From an uncultured delta proteobacterium (GTDB lineage: Bacteria; Desulfobacterota; Binatia; Bin18): a stretch of DNA of 64,000 nt. This document shows, in pieces, positions 21,575 through 30,273 of this stretch. The notes below the pieces were generated by a model. The model was not told the origin of the DNA. It made no database searches and saw nothing but the letters and a program-made list of their open reading frames with translations. Every line of letters begins with the position of its first letter. Position 1 is the first letter of the stretch. A program made the translations under genes and the position numbers. The DNA is taken from positions 1-64,000 of the forward strand of contig CAVTCR010000005.1 in assembly GCA_963733195.1 (NCBI GenBank), given 5' to 3'.

Positions 21575-21895
21575 TCAGAGGTCTTCAAGGAGTGTTGGTA
21601 TGTCTCGGCTGTTGTGAAGTACACGAACAATTTCAAGAGTCTTTTCGGTGGAAAGGTAGAAGACAGAGTAAGGAAAGTGGGGCAGGAGCCGTCGCCGTAA
21701 GCCGACAAGTTCACGGCGGGTAGTCGGCCACGGAGTACCGAGATTGGGGAAGGAACAGAGCCGCGTAAAAGTCGCTTCCGCTTCATCAAGGAAGCGATGA
21801 CTAATTGCTGCGCCGTCTTCCTTGCGTAAATATAGAACTGCGTCAGCGAGGTCACGCCGCGCGGCGGGGCGTCGCACCAGTTTTCTTTGCACCAT
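21575..21895 (-). CDS. ParE/RelE family toxin
   Basis: RPAARRDL...FPYSVFY...IVRVLHNSRD. Confidence 0.9.
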   Translation of the reverse strand: MVQRKLVRRPAARRDLADAVLYLRKEDGAAISHRFLDEAEATFTRLCSFPNLGTPWPTTRRELVGLRRRLLPHFPYSVFYLSTEKTLEIVRVLHNSRDIPTLLEDL

Positions 21896-22157
21896 GAGTA
21901 GGGGAAGGTCTGCGGCCTGCGAGTGTTCGTAATTCCTGCCAGTCTTGGTCTGTCATCGGTGTGGCAGGGCCGGAGTGTATGCCTTCGAGCAGCAATTCAT
22001 CTACTTGGGCAATGGCTTCCCGCTGTAAGTCCTTGCGGATGAGCTCACGAACATACTCGCTGACGGTACCGTAGGACTGGCGCTCAAGTTTCTTCTCCAG
22101 TGCCCCGCGTAGCGTCGCGGGCAATGAGACGTTCATAGTGACGACTTTTTGCTTCAT
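21852..22157 (-). CDS. ParD-like (CC2985-type RHH) antitoxin
   Basis: MNVSLP...YGTVSEYVRELIR...LLEGIHSG. Confidence 0.9.
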   Translation of the reverse strand: MKQKVVTMNVSLPATLRGALEKKLERQSYGTVSEYVRELIRKDLQREAIAQVDELLLEGIHSGPATPMTDQDWQELRTLAGRRPSPTHGAKKTGATPRRAA

Positions 22158-22377
22158 GCCCCCATAATGGGGGATACACCAAAATTTGTCAAATATTGGC
22201 TTAAGCCTGGTGAGTGAGGTGGTCGCTCGTTCTTGAGTGAAGCGAGAGGATGAGCATCATTAACCGTGGTTAGCGTATTGCTGAGACTTGATACCCTGAC
22301 CATGAAATACGAGAGGAAAGGCAGAAAAAAAGGAATAGGCGTTATGAGTCAGATAAGGTTGTGCGCTATCATAACGT

Positions 22378-23574
22378 ATGAGCACACTACGATCTCAGCG
22401 CCAACAGCCAACGACCTTAGATATCGCTCACTTTCACGTCGATCCGCAGCGCGGTTTTCTACCCACTCACGATCCTCTTGACCACCTGCCTGCGTCTTTC
22501 GCTCCCTGGGAAGAGACGGCGCGTGAACTGCCGAAATTGCTCGTTGCAGGAACGGTACGGCGTCATCTGGAGCAACTGCCGCTGCTCAAGGTTGCGACCT
22601 TACACAAGCCAGGCCAACTTGAGCGCGCGATGATGCTGTTGTCCTATTTCGGACACGCCTACGTATGGGGAGACGCCGTCCCCGCCAACCACCTCCCTGC
22701 GAGTCTCGCTGTACCGTGGTACGCACTCTCCCAACGCCTGGGCCGTCCGCCCGTACTATCCTACGCGTCGTACGCGTTGCATAACTGGCGGCGACTCGAT
22801 ACGGCTGGTCCCATCGCGTTAGGCAATATTGTGCTGCTGCAGAATTTTCTGGCTGGAGCGGACGAGGAATGGTTCATTCTGGTCCACGTTGACATTGAAG
22901 CGAAGATGGGACCGGCGCTTGCTGCCCTTGGCGTGGTCCAGGCGGCGGTCATGGACAATCAGGCGCACCAGGTCGAACACCATCTCACCACAATCGCTGA
23001 GGCGTTAGCGCAGGCGTACGCCACGTTGTTGCGTATGCCGGAGTGGTGCGACCCGTACATCTACTATCACCGGGTACGCCCCTATATTCACGGCTGGAAA
23101 AATCATCCGGCGCTTCCGCACGGCGTGATGTACGAAGGAGTGGAAGCCTACCAAGGGGTGCCGCAACAATTCCGGGGTGAAACGGGCGCGCAGAGTTCGA
23201 TTATTCCCGCGCTCGACGCGGCGCTGGGCATCACCCATGAAAACGATCCATTACGTCCGTACCTGATGGAAATGCGCGACTATATGCCCAAGGAGCATCG
23301 TGCGTTTATCACTGCCATTGAGCAGGGGCCGTCGGTGCGCGAGTATGTGGTGGCTCAGCGCTCCGACCGACCGGCGTTACGGGCAGCGTACAACGCCTGC
23401 GTACGTTGGATGGCTGACTTTCGCGCCAAGCACTTAGAATATGCTGCACGTTATATCCACCAGCAGAGCCAAAGTCGTGAGGATAACCCGACGCACGTCG
23501 GCACGGGCGGAACGCCGTTCATGCCGTACCTGAAGAAACATCGCGACGAGACCCTGGAGCATGTACTCGGGTGA
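22378..23574 (+). CDS. Indoleamine 2,3-dioxygenase family haem protein
   Basis: RGFLP, HAYVWG, RPPVLSYA, DEEWFILVH, GETGAQSS, GTGGTPFM. Confidence 0.9.
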   Translation: MSTLRSQRQQPTTLDIAHFHVDPQRGFLPTHDPLDHLPASFAPWEETARELPKLLVAGTVRRHLEQLPLLKVATLHKPGQLERAMMLLSYFGHAYVWGDAVPANHLPASLAVPWYALSQRLGRPPVLSYASYALHNWRRLDTAGPIALGNIVLLQNFLAGADEEWFILVHVDIEAKMGPALAALGVVQAAVMDNQAHQVEHHLTTIAEALAQAYATLLRMPEWCDPYIYYHRVRPYIHGWKNHPALPHGVMYEGVEAYQGVPQQFRGETGAQSSIIPALDAALGITHENDPLRPYLMEMRDYMPKEHRAFITAIEQGPSVREYVVAQRSDRPALRAAYNACVRWMADFRAKHLEYAARYIHQQSQSREDNPTHVGTGGTPFMPYLKKHRDETLEHVLG

Positions 23575-23720
23575 AGGTAACAAAGCTCCGAGCGGCCATT
23601 TTTCTTTTGCGGAGCACCTATCCTTGAGGAAGGCGATAAGCGTTCATCAAGTATCTTGATTTTCTCTGTCCTATAGAGCTATAGCCACCATGTTAGCAAA
23701 ACTCTTAAAGAGGTGAGGCT

Positions 23721-24134
23721 ATGGCTGACACGATTCAGCGGGTCCAGTACTTCTATAGCGAAGTTGCCGACAAGCCTGGCAAAGGCGCTAAGATTCTACG
23801 GATGCTTCAGGAAGCGGGAGTGAACCTGGTTGCCTTCTCCGGCTTTCCGAAAGGTAAGCGTGCGCAGATCGACTTCATCCCGGCTGACCCAGTTGCCTTC
23901 AAGACGGTTGCAAAGAAGGCCAAGCTCAAGCTGGTGGGTCCGAAGTCTGGCTTCCTGGTTCAAGGTGAGGATCGCGTGGGTGCACTTACAGAAATCTTGA
24001 CGAAACTCACCGATGCAAAAATCAACGTCACGGCCTGTGATGCTGTGGCAGCCGGAACAGGGCGATATGGAGCGATCCTCTGGGTCAAACCGCGTGATGT
24101 GCAAAAGGCTACGAAGGTCCTCAACGCTTCTTGA
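23721..24134 (+). CDS. Tandem ACT-domain protein
   Basis: DKPGKGA...GVNL and EDRVGAL...INV; GAGG RBS. Confidence 0.8.
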   Translation: MADTIQRVQYFYSEVADKPGKGAKILRMLQEAGVNLVAFSGFPKGKRAQIDFIPADPVAFKTVAKKAKLKLVGPKSGFLVQGEDRVGALTEILTKLTDAKINVTACDAVAAGTGRYGAILWVKPRDVQKATKVLNAS

Positions 24135-24190
24135 CAAGTATGATGATATTCTCCCATGCTGAGAGCACGAGAGCACTTCAGAGAGGCAGT

Positions 24191-24388
24191 ATGCGACATC
24201 TCTTTGGCAAATCCCGCCATTTGATCTCAACAGCAGTGATCCTTGCTGGTCTCAGTTCCTTCGCTCTCAGGGCTCATGCTCAGGGTTGGGAATCGTTTAC
24301 CAACGAGTCTACACTTGAAGTCCTGACGATAGACCAGAACGCGCAAGAGCACTGGTCGAAGTTTTAGTTGGTAGTCATTGATGGGAAT
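24191..24388 (+). pseudogene. Truncated secreted split-barrel (DUF2255-like) protein
   Basis: Signal peptide then TLEVLT...HWSKF*LVVIDG (TAG where W is expected); homology-like sequence ends abruptly. Confidence 0.45.
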
Positions 24389-24414
24389 GGTAAAATATAG
24401 AAAGAGAGAATGAT

Positions 24415-24645
24415 ATGGCGTACAAAGCAAAACTGAGACCCAAAACAGAGTGGCAACAAGACGACTGCATTGGCCGGTGGCTCGGATGCAGGAACAAGTC
24501 GGTTGAGGAGGCAGTCCATGGCAGTGCTGCGGTGCGATGCTGCCAGCGGGAACGATGCATGCTCTTTGCTGTTACACTCGCCGCTGACCAGGGAGCGTCC
24601 AATGGACATTATATACATGACAGCGACGTGGACGTCAGATCCTGA
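24415..24645 (+). CDS. Small Cys-rich hypothetical protein
   Basis: 76-aa ORF after an AG-rich leader; no recognisable family. Confidence 0.35.
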   Translation: MAYKAKLRPKTEWQQDDCIGRWLGCRNKSVEEAVHGSAAVRCCQRERCMLFAVTLAADQGASNGHYIHDSDVDVRS

Positions 24646-24736
24646 ATAACTATCTGTGTGGTTTGTATAATTTGCCTACTACCCAGCCTTCGTCAGGTTG
24701 CTGATGTCGAGCGGTTGGTAGTCTTGTCTGCATCTC

Positions 24737-26057
24737 TCAATCAAATAGTTTTCCCATAAACATCGGGATACCAACTCTTCTCCGCTTTGTCTCACCCTTA
24801 AAGAGTTCTCGCTTGCGTAACGGCTCGTCTCCCCGTTCGCCAAGGTGTTGCGAGAACTTCTGCGCAAGCAAGCTCGTACCGAGATACACAGTATGTTTGC
24901 CATACTTCTCCCGCATGTGATCTACCGCTTTGATACACGCGCGAGAACCTTTCCGCTCTTAGCGCCTCCCCGAATAGATCGAGTTGAATCATCGTGTCCT
25001 CATCCAGCTTGATAAGGACCACCCCTGTCGCACGGTATTCTTCTTCGGGTTGAAACAGGTGCAGAAAGGCTGGTTCTATCGCTCGGACGATCTCATGAGG
25101 GAATGCTGTTGCATGGGTAAAGCGCACCTCTAACCAGCGGTAATGGAAGTGCTGAGTTTTGAGAAAGATCGCCGCACCTTTGGCCGCAAGCTTGTACTTG
25201 CGTGCTTTAATACATGCGTTCTCGATATTTTTAGAAAGCTGAGAAAACACAAAGTCGCGGTTATTCGATGGGGGAGTGAAGGTTTTTGTTTTTTGGATGG
25301 TTTGATACGTGGACTTCTCTTTGGTGATCAGAGGCAAGACAGAGTGCCCATTCAATTCTTGCCAAATCTCATAGCCTGGTTTGGTGAGCCATTTGTTTAC
25401 CCAACATTCAGGCTTGCGGGCAAAATCGAGCGCGGTATGAATCCCGAATTTATTCAAGAGGGCAGTAGTTTTGTCCCCGATGCCCCAGACTTTGCTCACA
25501 GGAAGGTCTGTAAGAAACAGGTGAAGATCACGGCCTGGGATAGTAGTTAAGCCAGAGGGCTTTTCCCACTTTGAAGCAATTTTGGCAATCACTTTGTTGG
25601 GAGCAAGGCCGACAGAGAAGGTAAATCCTAACTCAGTATCAAGATCGTGCTTAATCTTCTCGGCAATCTGGACATAGGACAGGTGAAGCGGTCGTTGCAG
25701 GCCGGTCAGATCAGCGAAGCACTCATCGATCGAGTATTCTTCAACATCGGGCGTGTAGCGACGTACGATCGTAAACATACGCTTTGAAAGTAAGCTATAC
25801 GTTTCATAGTCTGAGGGCAGAATAATCGCCTCAGGGCAGAGCCGCTTTACTTCAAAGAGGCGCATGCCGCGCGTGATACCGCGTGCTTTTGCCTCATAAC
25901 TCATGGAGGCAACGATGCCGCGTTCCCTGCCTGTGATAACAGGCTTTCCTTTGAGCTTGGGATCACGGGACTGTTCGCAAGACGCAAAGCAGGCATCAGC
26001 ATCGATATGGACGATGGCGCGAGGGAAGGAATGGAGTGTGAGCGGAGAGGTGCTCAT
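24737..26057 (-). CDS. dinB: Y-family DNA polymerase IV (frameshift near 24930)
   Basis: HIDADACFAS, SYEAKARG, YSIDECF, AKIASKWEKPSG; corrected frame continues AVDHMREKYGKH... to TGA at 24737. Confidence 0.9.
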
Positions 26058-26641
26058 TACACGGTGTTAAATTGACGAATCGAGGCAATAACCACAGCTT
26101 CAATTGTTAACTCCTGCTCGGGAAAGATGGGTTTGTACTTCTTGTTGGCGGGCTGGAGATAGTAGCGATTCCCACGCTTGCGGAGATACTTCATCGTCCA
26201 TTTGTCTTCGTCGATACGCGCGATGACAATATCTCCATCGTTTGCAGTAGAGGTGCGCTTTACGAGCACCATATCCCCGTTGAAGATACCTGCTTCAATC
26301 ATGGAATCTCCCTGAGCTTTTACAAGATAGGTTGCTTCAGGGTTCTTAATTAAGAGTTCATTGAGGTCGATGGTATCGCCCAACTCTTCCTGAGTCGGGG
26401 AGGGGAACCCTGCACGAATGGAGCCCAGGACACGTACTTCCGTAAGGGCACGGCCAGGAAGGAGGGAGCCCGTCTTGCGGTCTTTGATCAGGTAGCCGTG
26501 TTCAATGAGCTGGTTGACGACCTTGCGGGCCGATTCATGGGCCTTAAATCCCCAAAAGTCAGCAAGCTCGCGCAAACTCGGCAACCGTTTCCATCGCCGG
26601 TAATACTTTAGAATAGGCTTGAGCCGCTCGTAGTGTTCCAT
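26057..26641 (-). CDS. lexA: LexA repressor
   Basis: N-terminal PSLRELA wHTH, Ala-Gly cleavage site AGFP, catalytic GDSM Ser and TMK Lys; AGGAGG RBS before ATG 26641; TAATG overlap with dinB. Confidence 0.92.
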   Translation of the reverse strand: MEHYERLKPILKYYRRWKRLPSLRELADFWGFKAHESARKVVNQLIEHGYLIKDRKTGSLLPGRALTEVRVLGSIRAGFPSPTQEELGDTIDLNELLIKNPEATYLVKAQGDSMIEAGIFNGDMVLVKRTSTANDGDIVIARIDEDKWTMKYLRKRGNRYYLQPANKKYKPIFPEQELTIEAVVIASIRQFNTV

Positions 26642-26649
26642 GTTCCCCT

Positions 26650-26710
26650 CCTGAGATAGACATGTGTCTATCTCAGGCTGAGTATAAATAGACGCGTGTC
26701 TATTTGTCAA
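26650..26710 (-). promoter_or_regulatory. sigma70 promoter of lexA-dinB with two palindromic operators
   Basis: TTGACA-N18-TATACT; AAATAGAC-GCGT-GTCTATTT (26686-26705) and CCTGAGATAGACA-TG-TGTCTATCTCAGG (26650-26677). Confidence 0.8.
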
Positions 26711-27211
26711 ATGAAACATGGTGGAATGACCAAACTATGTATGACCGCTTGGGAATCAGGTTTGATCTAGGGACAGACTAAACACCGCTTTGGCGCAGCA
26801 GAGAAACAGTGCATTTCTGAAATATCTTTATTGCACCTCTGCAACACAACGTGCTGCTCCTGCAACAGTATGCCAGTTTCTACGGTGAATCGTGCGCTTC
26901 TTAACAGGAAAACACAGCATTATTCCTTGGGAGTAAGTCCCTGTCCGTCTGGCATAGGTTCTGCATCTTCTCTAGAAGAACAACGGATAACGCATCGGTT
27001 CATGGTGTCATTTACGTTACCTAATGGTGAAGAGCAGTTTAATTTGTGGTCTTTTGTCCACAAGAACAAGAGTGCCCTGCTAAGATGAGAACAATAAAAA
27101 GATATGGAATACGAAAGGACGCATGAGGGTGACTCTGCAGAGGTCAGGCCCCTTGTTCCGCATTTCACAGTTTGACCTGTTTGGGGTCAATAAGAATAGG
27201 AGGTATACACA

Positions 27212-27433
27212 ATGTTACAGCAGCCACTATTACTCGCCGCGCTGCCGAGTGCCGTGTTGGATATGACGGCGGACTTCGCGCCACTTTTCATGGGTATGGT
27301 CATAGGGCTATTTCTATGTGTGTTGGCATTCGCGTTTGCGATTGGCGTGCATGATAGCTGGTGGACCCAGCAGTCGGCAAAGCAACAAGACGATCGTCCT
27401 GAGTCAGAGCCTGAGCTCTCGGACGCTGCATAG
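27212..27433 (+). CDS. Small single-pass membrane protein
   Basis: AGGAGG RBS, one long hydrophobic helix, acidic tail; TTGACC-N7-GGTCAA palindrome upstream. Confidence 0.65.
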   Translation: MLQQPLLLAALPSAVLDMTADFAPLFMGMVIGLFLCVLAFAFAIGVHDSWWTQQSAKQQDDRPESEPELSDAA

Positions 27434-27455
27434 TTTGGAAGCTTCCACTCTACCG

Positions 27456-27545
27456 ATAAAAATCAAAAAGCCCCTGACTGATCGAGGGGCTTAGGAGTGA
27501 AGCGGGTGACCGGGGTCGAACCGGCGACCTTGTGCTTGGCAAGCA
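27456..27545 (-). repeat. Duplicated tRNA-Gly 3' half plus terminator (att-like site)
   Basis: Near-identical to 28414-28502. Confidence 0.9.
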
Positions 27546-27694
27546 AAGAAGAGGGAAACATCGCAAATGAGCCATTTTCGCTGAAGTGAAACGGTTTCAC
27601 TTGAACAACGATGTGATCGTATGGTGTTCTCGCTGTCGTTCACTCCTCATCCGAGCGTACATCACTTTGATTAAAGCCGTACACAGTGAAGCCA

Positions 27695-27940
27695 TCATTT
27701 CGGATGCTTCATAATATCGAGCAACACATACATGTCTCGGTCGATCTGGAAATAAAAGCGCCAGTCTTGATTGACTCGCGCTTGCCAGATGTCGTTTGCT
27801 TCGTCGTACTTCTTGGCGCGGAGGGACGAGTGGCGAATATCTTGAACGAGATACGCAGCCTGCTTATCAAAGGTTCGCTGGATACGGGCGGGGGCGCTTC
27901 CGTACGCTTTCAGGAAGCGCTCAGTATAGTGAACGCGCAT
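27695..27940 (-). CDS. RelE/HigB-like toxin
   Basis: YTERFLKAY...HSSLRAKK...WQARVNQDWRFYF...HP. Confidence 0.85.
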   Translation of the reverse strand: MRVHYTERFLKAYGSAPARIQRTFDKQAAYLVQDIRHSSLRAKKYDEANDIWQARVNQDWRFYFQIDRDMYVLLDIMKHPK

Positions 27941-28239
27941 TACCGGGCTTTCTGAGTTTTCTCGGCCTTTACCCTTCTGGTCCTTCGGCGAAGATCGCTA
28001 ACCAACTCCTTCGCTGAGTTGAAGGGGCCGTATACACGTCCGGCCTTTACATCATCCAGCGCTTCACGGAGGCGCGCATCAACTGCCGGATGCCGATCAA
28101 CTACGGCCTTGGGTTTCAGCGTGATAACGTTCCCCTTCGCGGTAGCTTCCAACAAGTCGCCCACCTCAAGACCAGCCTGCTTCCGGACATGGTCAGGGAT
28201 TGTAACTTGAAACTTCTGTTTAATGCGTACGAGGGGCAT
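27940..28239 (-). CDS. AbrB/MazE/SpoVT-type antitoxin
   Basis: KFQVTIPDHVRKQAGLEVGD. Confidence 0.88.
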   Translation of the reverse strand: MPLVRIKQKFQVTIPDHVRKQAGLEVGDLLEATAKGNVITLKPKAVVDRHPAVDARLREALDDVKAGRVYGPFNSAKELVSDLRRRTRRVKAEKTQKAR

Positions 28240-28413
28240 AGATGCTTGATTATCTCCTTTCATAAATTTGTGATAAATACTGTTGCGCTAGAACAAGCCC
28301 GACTCGATATTTTCTCAACTCGGAAGGCATGTTGGCAAAGCTGGTAGAAACTTCCATCCGCAAAAGCGCAACCCTGGGTCAACACTGAGAAATCAGGCAC
28401 GATTCTTATACCC

Positions 28414-28450
28414 ATAAAAATCAAAAAGCCCCTGAATGATCAAGGGCTTA
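28414..28450 (-). terminator. Rho-independent terminator of tRNA-Gly
   Basis: AAGCCC...GGGGCTT hairpin followed by a T-run on the minus strand. Confidence 0.7.
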
Positions 28451-28457
28451 GGAGTGA

Positions 28458-28531
28458 AGCGGGTGACCGGGGTCGAACCGGCGACCTTGTGCTTGGCAAG
28501 CACACGCTCTAGCCAACTGAGCTACACCCGC
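28458..28531 (-). tRNA. tRNA-Gly(GCC)
   Basis: GCGGGTG acceptor stem, TGTGC-TTGCCAA-GCACA anticodon arm, GGTTCGA T-loop; CCA not encoded. Confidence 0.96.
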
Positions 28532-28661
28532 ACAGGTAAAGGTAAATGTAACATAGCGAGGAGGAGTGTCAACGGCGACTGCCCTCTCGAATCTGTTCTT
28601 CAGCTTGCATGAGGTGGCCTAGATCAGTACGATAAGCGGGTTCCTACGCTAAGGTGCGATT

Positions 28662-29816
28662 ATGGACTTTGCTTTTACTGAAGACCAACGGCTACTCCAA
28701 CAGACCCTGAGGCAATTCGCCAAGGAACAATTACTGCCCAATTACGCGCGCTGGGACCGAGGCGAAATCATTAGCCGAGACGCCATCAAAGAAGCCGCGA
28801 AGTTGGGCGTCTTCGGCCTACGCGTGCCCAGCAAATTTGGTGGACTAGAAAGTGACTATGTCACCTGCGGTCTCATGACCGAAGAACTCTCACGCGGCGA
28901 CTTTAACTACAGCCTCTATATTCAGCTGGGCCTCATTGCTTCGGAATTACTCGCCGAGTTTGCCCACCCGGACGTTCAGGCCGAATGGTTACCGCGACAT
29001 GCCACTGGTGACGCGGTTATTGCCTTTGGGTTAACGGAACCCAGTGCCGGCTCTGATGCTGCCAACATTATAACTCGCGCGGTCAAGATGGGGGATGATT
29101 ATGTCATCACTGGCGAGAAGGCCTCAATTACCTTTGCTGGTTATGCCGATGCTTGTATCGTTTTTGCCCGTACCGGCGATCATGGTGCACGGGGCATTTC
29201 CGCTTTCTTAGTTCCGCTCGATGCACTCGGAGTGACACGACAGGTGTATAAAACTCCAGGGGAACGACTGACACAACGAGGGTCCCTCTTTTTCGACGGA
29301 GTACGGGTCCCTGCCCGAAACCGGATGGGAGACGAAAGTCGTGGGTTCGCCCAAGCCATGATTGCCTTCGACTTCAACCGAGCGATTATCGCCCTTGCCT
29401 GCGTTGGCGCAGCGCAGCAATCACTTGATGAAACGATCGAGTACACCAAAGGTCGACAAGTATTCGGGAAACCACTGGCGAAATTCGAAGGGGTAGCTTT
29501 TCAGGTCGCCGAGTATCTGACCTTGATCGAAGCTGCACGGCTGGTATCCTACAAATGTCTGTGGCTGAAAGAGCAAGGCCAGAAACATACCAAAGAAGCT
29601 GCCATGGCAAAGTGGATGGGGCCAAAGGTTTCTGCTGAAGCCATCCACGCTTGTATCATTCTGCATGGACATTACGGCTACAACATGGACTCACCGTTAG
29701 AGCAACGCTGGCGCGATGTTGTCGGGCTCGAGATCGGGGATGGCACGCCAGAAATTATGAAAGGGGTGGTAGCGCGGGAAGCTTTTGGCCGTGAGTATAC
29801 GTCATATCGAGACTAA
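28662..29816 (+). CDS. Acyl-CoA dehydrogenase (cyclohexanecarboxyl-CoA dehydrogenase-like)
   Basis: FGLTEPSAGSD, RQVFGKPL, LEIGDGT. Confidence 0.92.
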   Translation: MDFAFTEDQRLLQQTLRQFAKEQLLPNYARWDRGEIISRDAIKEAAKLGVFGLRVPSKFGGLESDYVTCGLMTEELSRGDFNYSLYIQLGLIASELLAEFAHPDVQAEWLPRHATGDAVIAFGLTEPSAGSDAANIITRAVKMGDDYVITGEKASITFAGYADACIVFARTGDHGARGISAFLVPLDALGVTRQVYKTPGERLTQRGSLFFDGVRVPARNRMGDESRGFAQAMIAFDFNRAIIALACVGAAQQSLDETIEYTKGRQVFGKPLAKFEGVAFQVAEYLTLIEAARLVSYKCLWLKEQGQKHTKEAAMAKWMGPKVSAEAIHACIILHGHYGYNMDSPLEQRWRDVVGLEIGDGTPEIMKGVVAREAFGREYTSYRD

Positions 29817-30034
29817 CTAACAAAATGAAGTCCTATTCTCTTCTTATTTTTGAGTCCAGGCAAATGGCCTCTAGTATTGCCAATTTCCCCCGTTCGTCGA
29901 TTACAATGGGGAGTAAGGAAACGGGCAGATTTCGCCCACGGCTTGGTGGGCTGTCCGCATGATGAGGATCGTACTGCGCAAGCACTCCAGTACGAGTGTG
30001 GTAGTCGCGATGATAGTCGCGAAGGAGGTGGCCC

Positions 30035-30211
30035 ATGAGACTACTGAACGATGTCCGGACCGAACAGCAACGACTCGCGTATTTGCTCGGAGGAAATGTT
30101 GAGCTATACCGCGGCACGGGGCACTGGACTGGGGCAATGATTGGAGTCGTCTTTGCAGCGGCAATCGGCCTCGTGCTCGTATGGTACTTCTCTCAATTCA
30201 CGATTCTGTAG
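30035..30211 (+). CDS. 58-aa membrane-anchored small protein (absent from the ORF track)
   Basis: AAGGAGGT RBS; MRLLNDVRTEQQRLAYLLGG...AMIGVVFAAAIGLVLVWYFSQFTIL. Confidence 0.6.
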   Translation: MRLLNDVRTEQQRLAYLLGGNVELYRGTGHWTGAMIGVVFAAAIGLVLVWYFSQFTIL

Positions 30212-30273
30212 CTCTGACAACAAGGTTGTGGGAGTCACAAAATGTTGATCCTCCCACAGCCAGATCTCTTTAC

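Larger units (their letters stand above)
27546..28413. mobile_element. Integrase-less islet at tRNA-Gly carrying a TA pair
   Basis: Bounded by about 90-bp direct repeats derived from the tRNA 3' end. Confidence 0.75.

Noticed and set aside
24365-24367. TAG in place of Trp as stop-codon reassignment
   Set aside because: TAG ends several normal genes here, and this gene is truncated shortly afterwards.
26642-26719. N-terminal extension of LexA given by the ORF track
   Set aside because: It runs through the promoter and operators; the RBS supports ATG 26641.
27498-27545. Second functional tRNA-Gly
   Set aside because: Lacks the 5' acceptor strand and D-arm, so it is an att-type fragment. The same applies to 58924-58965.
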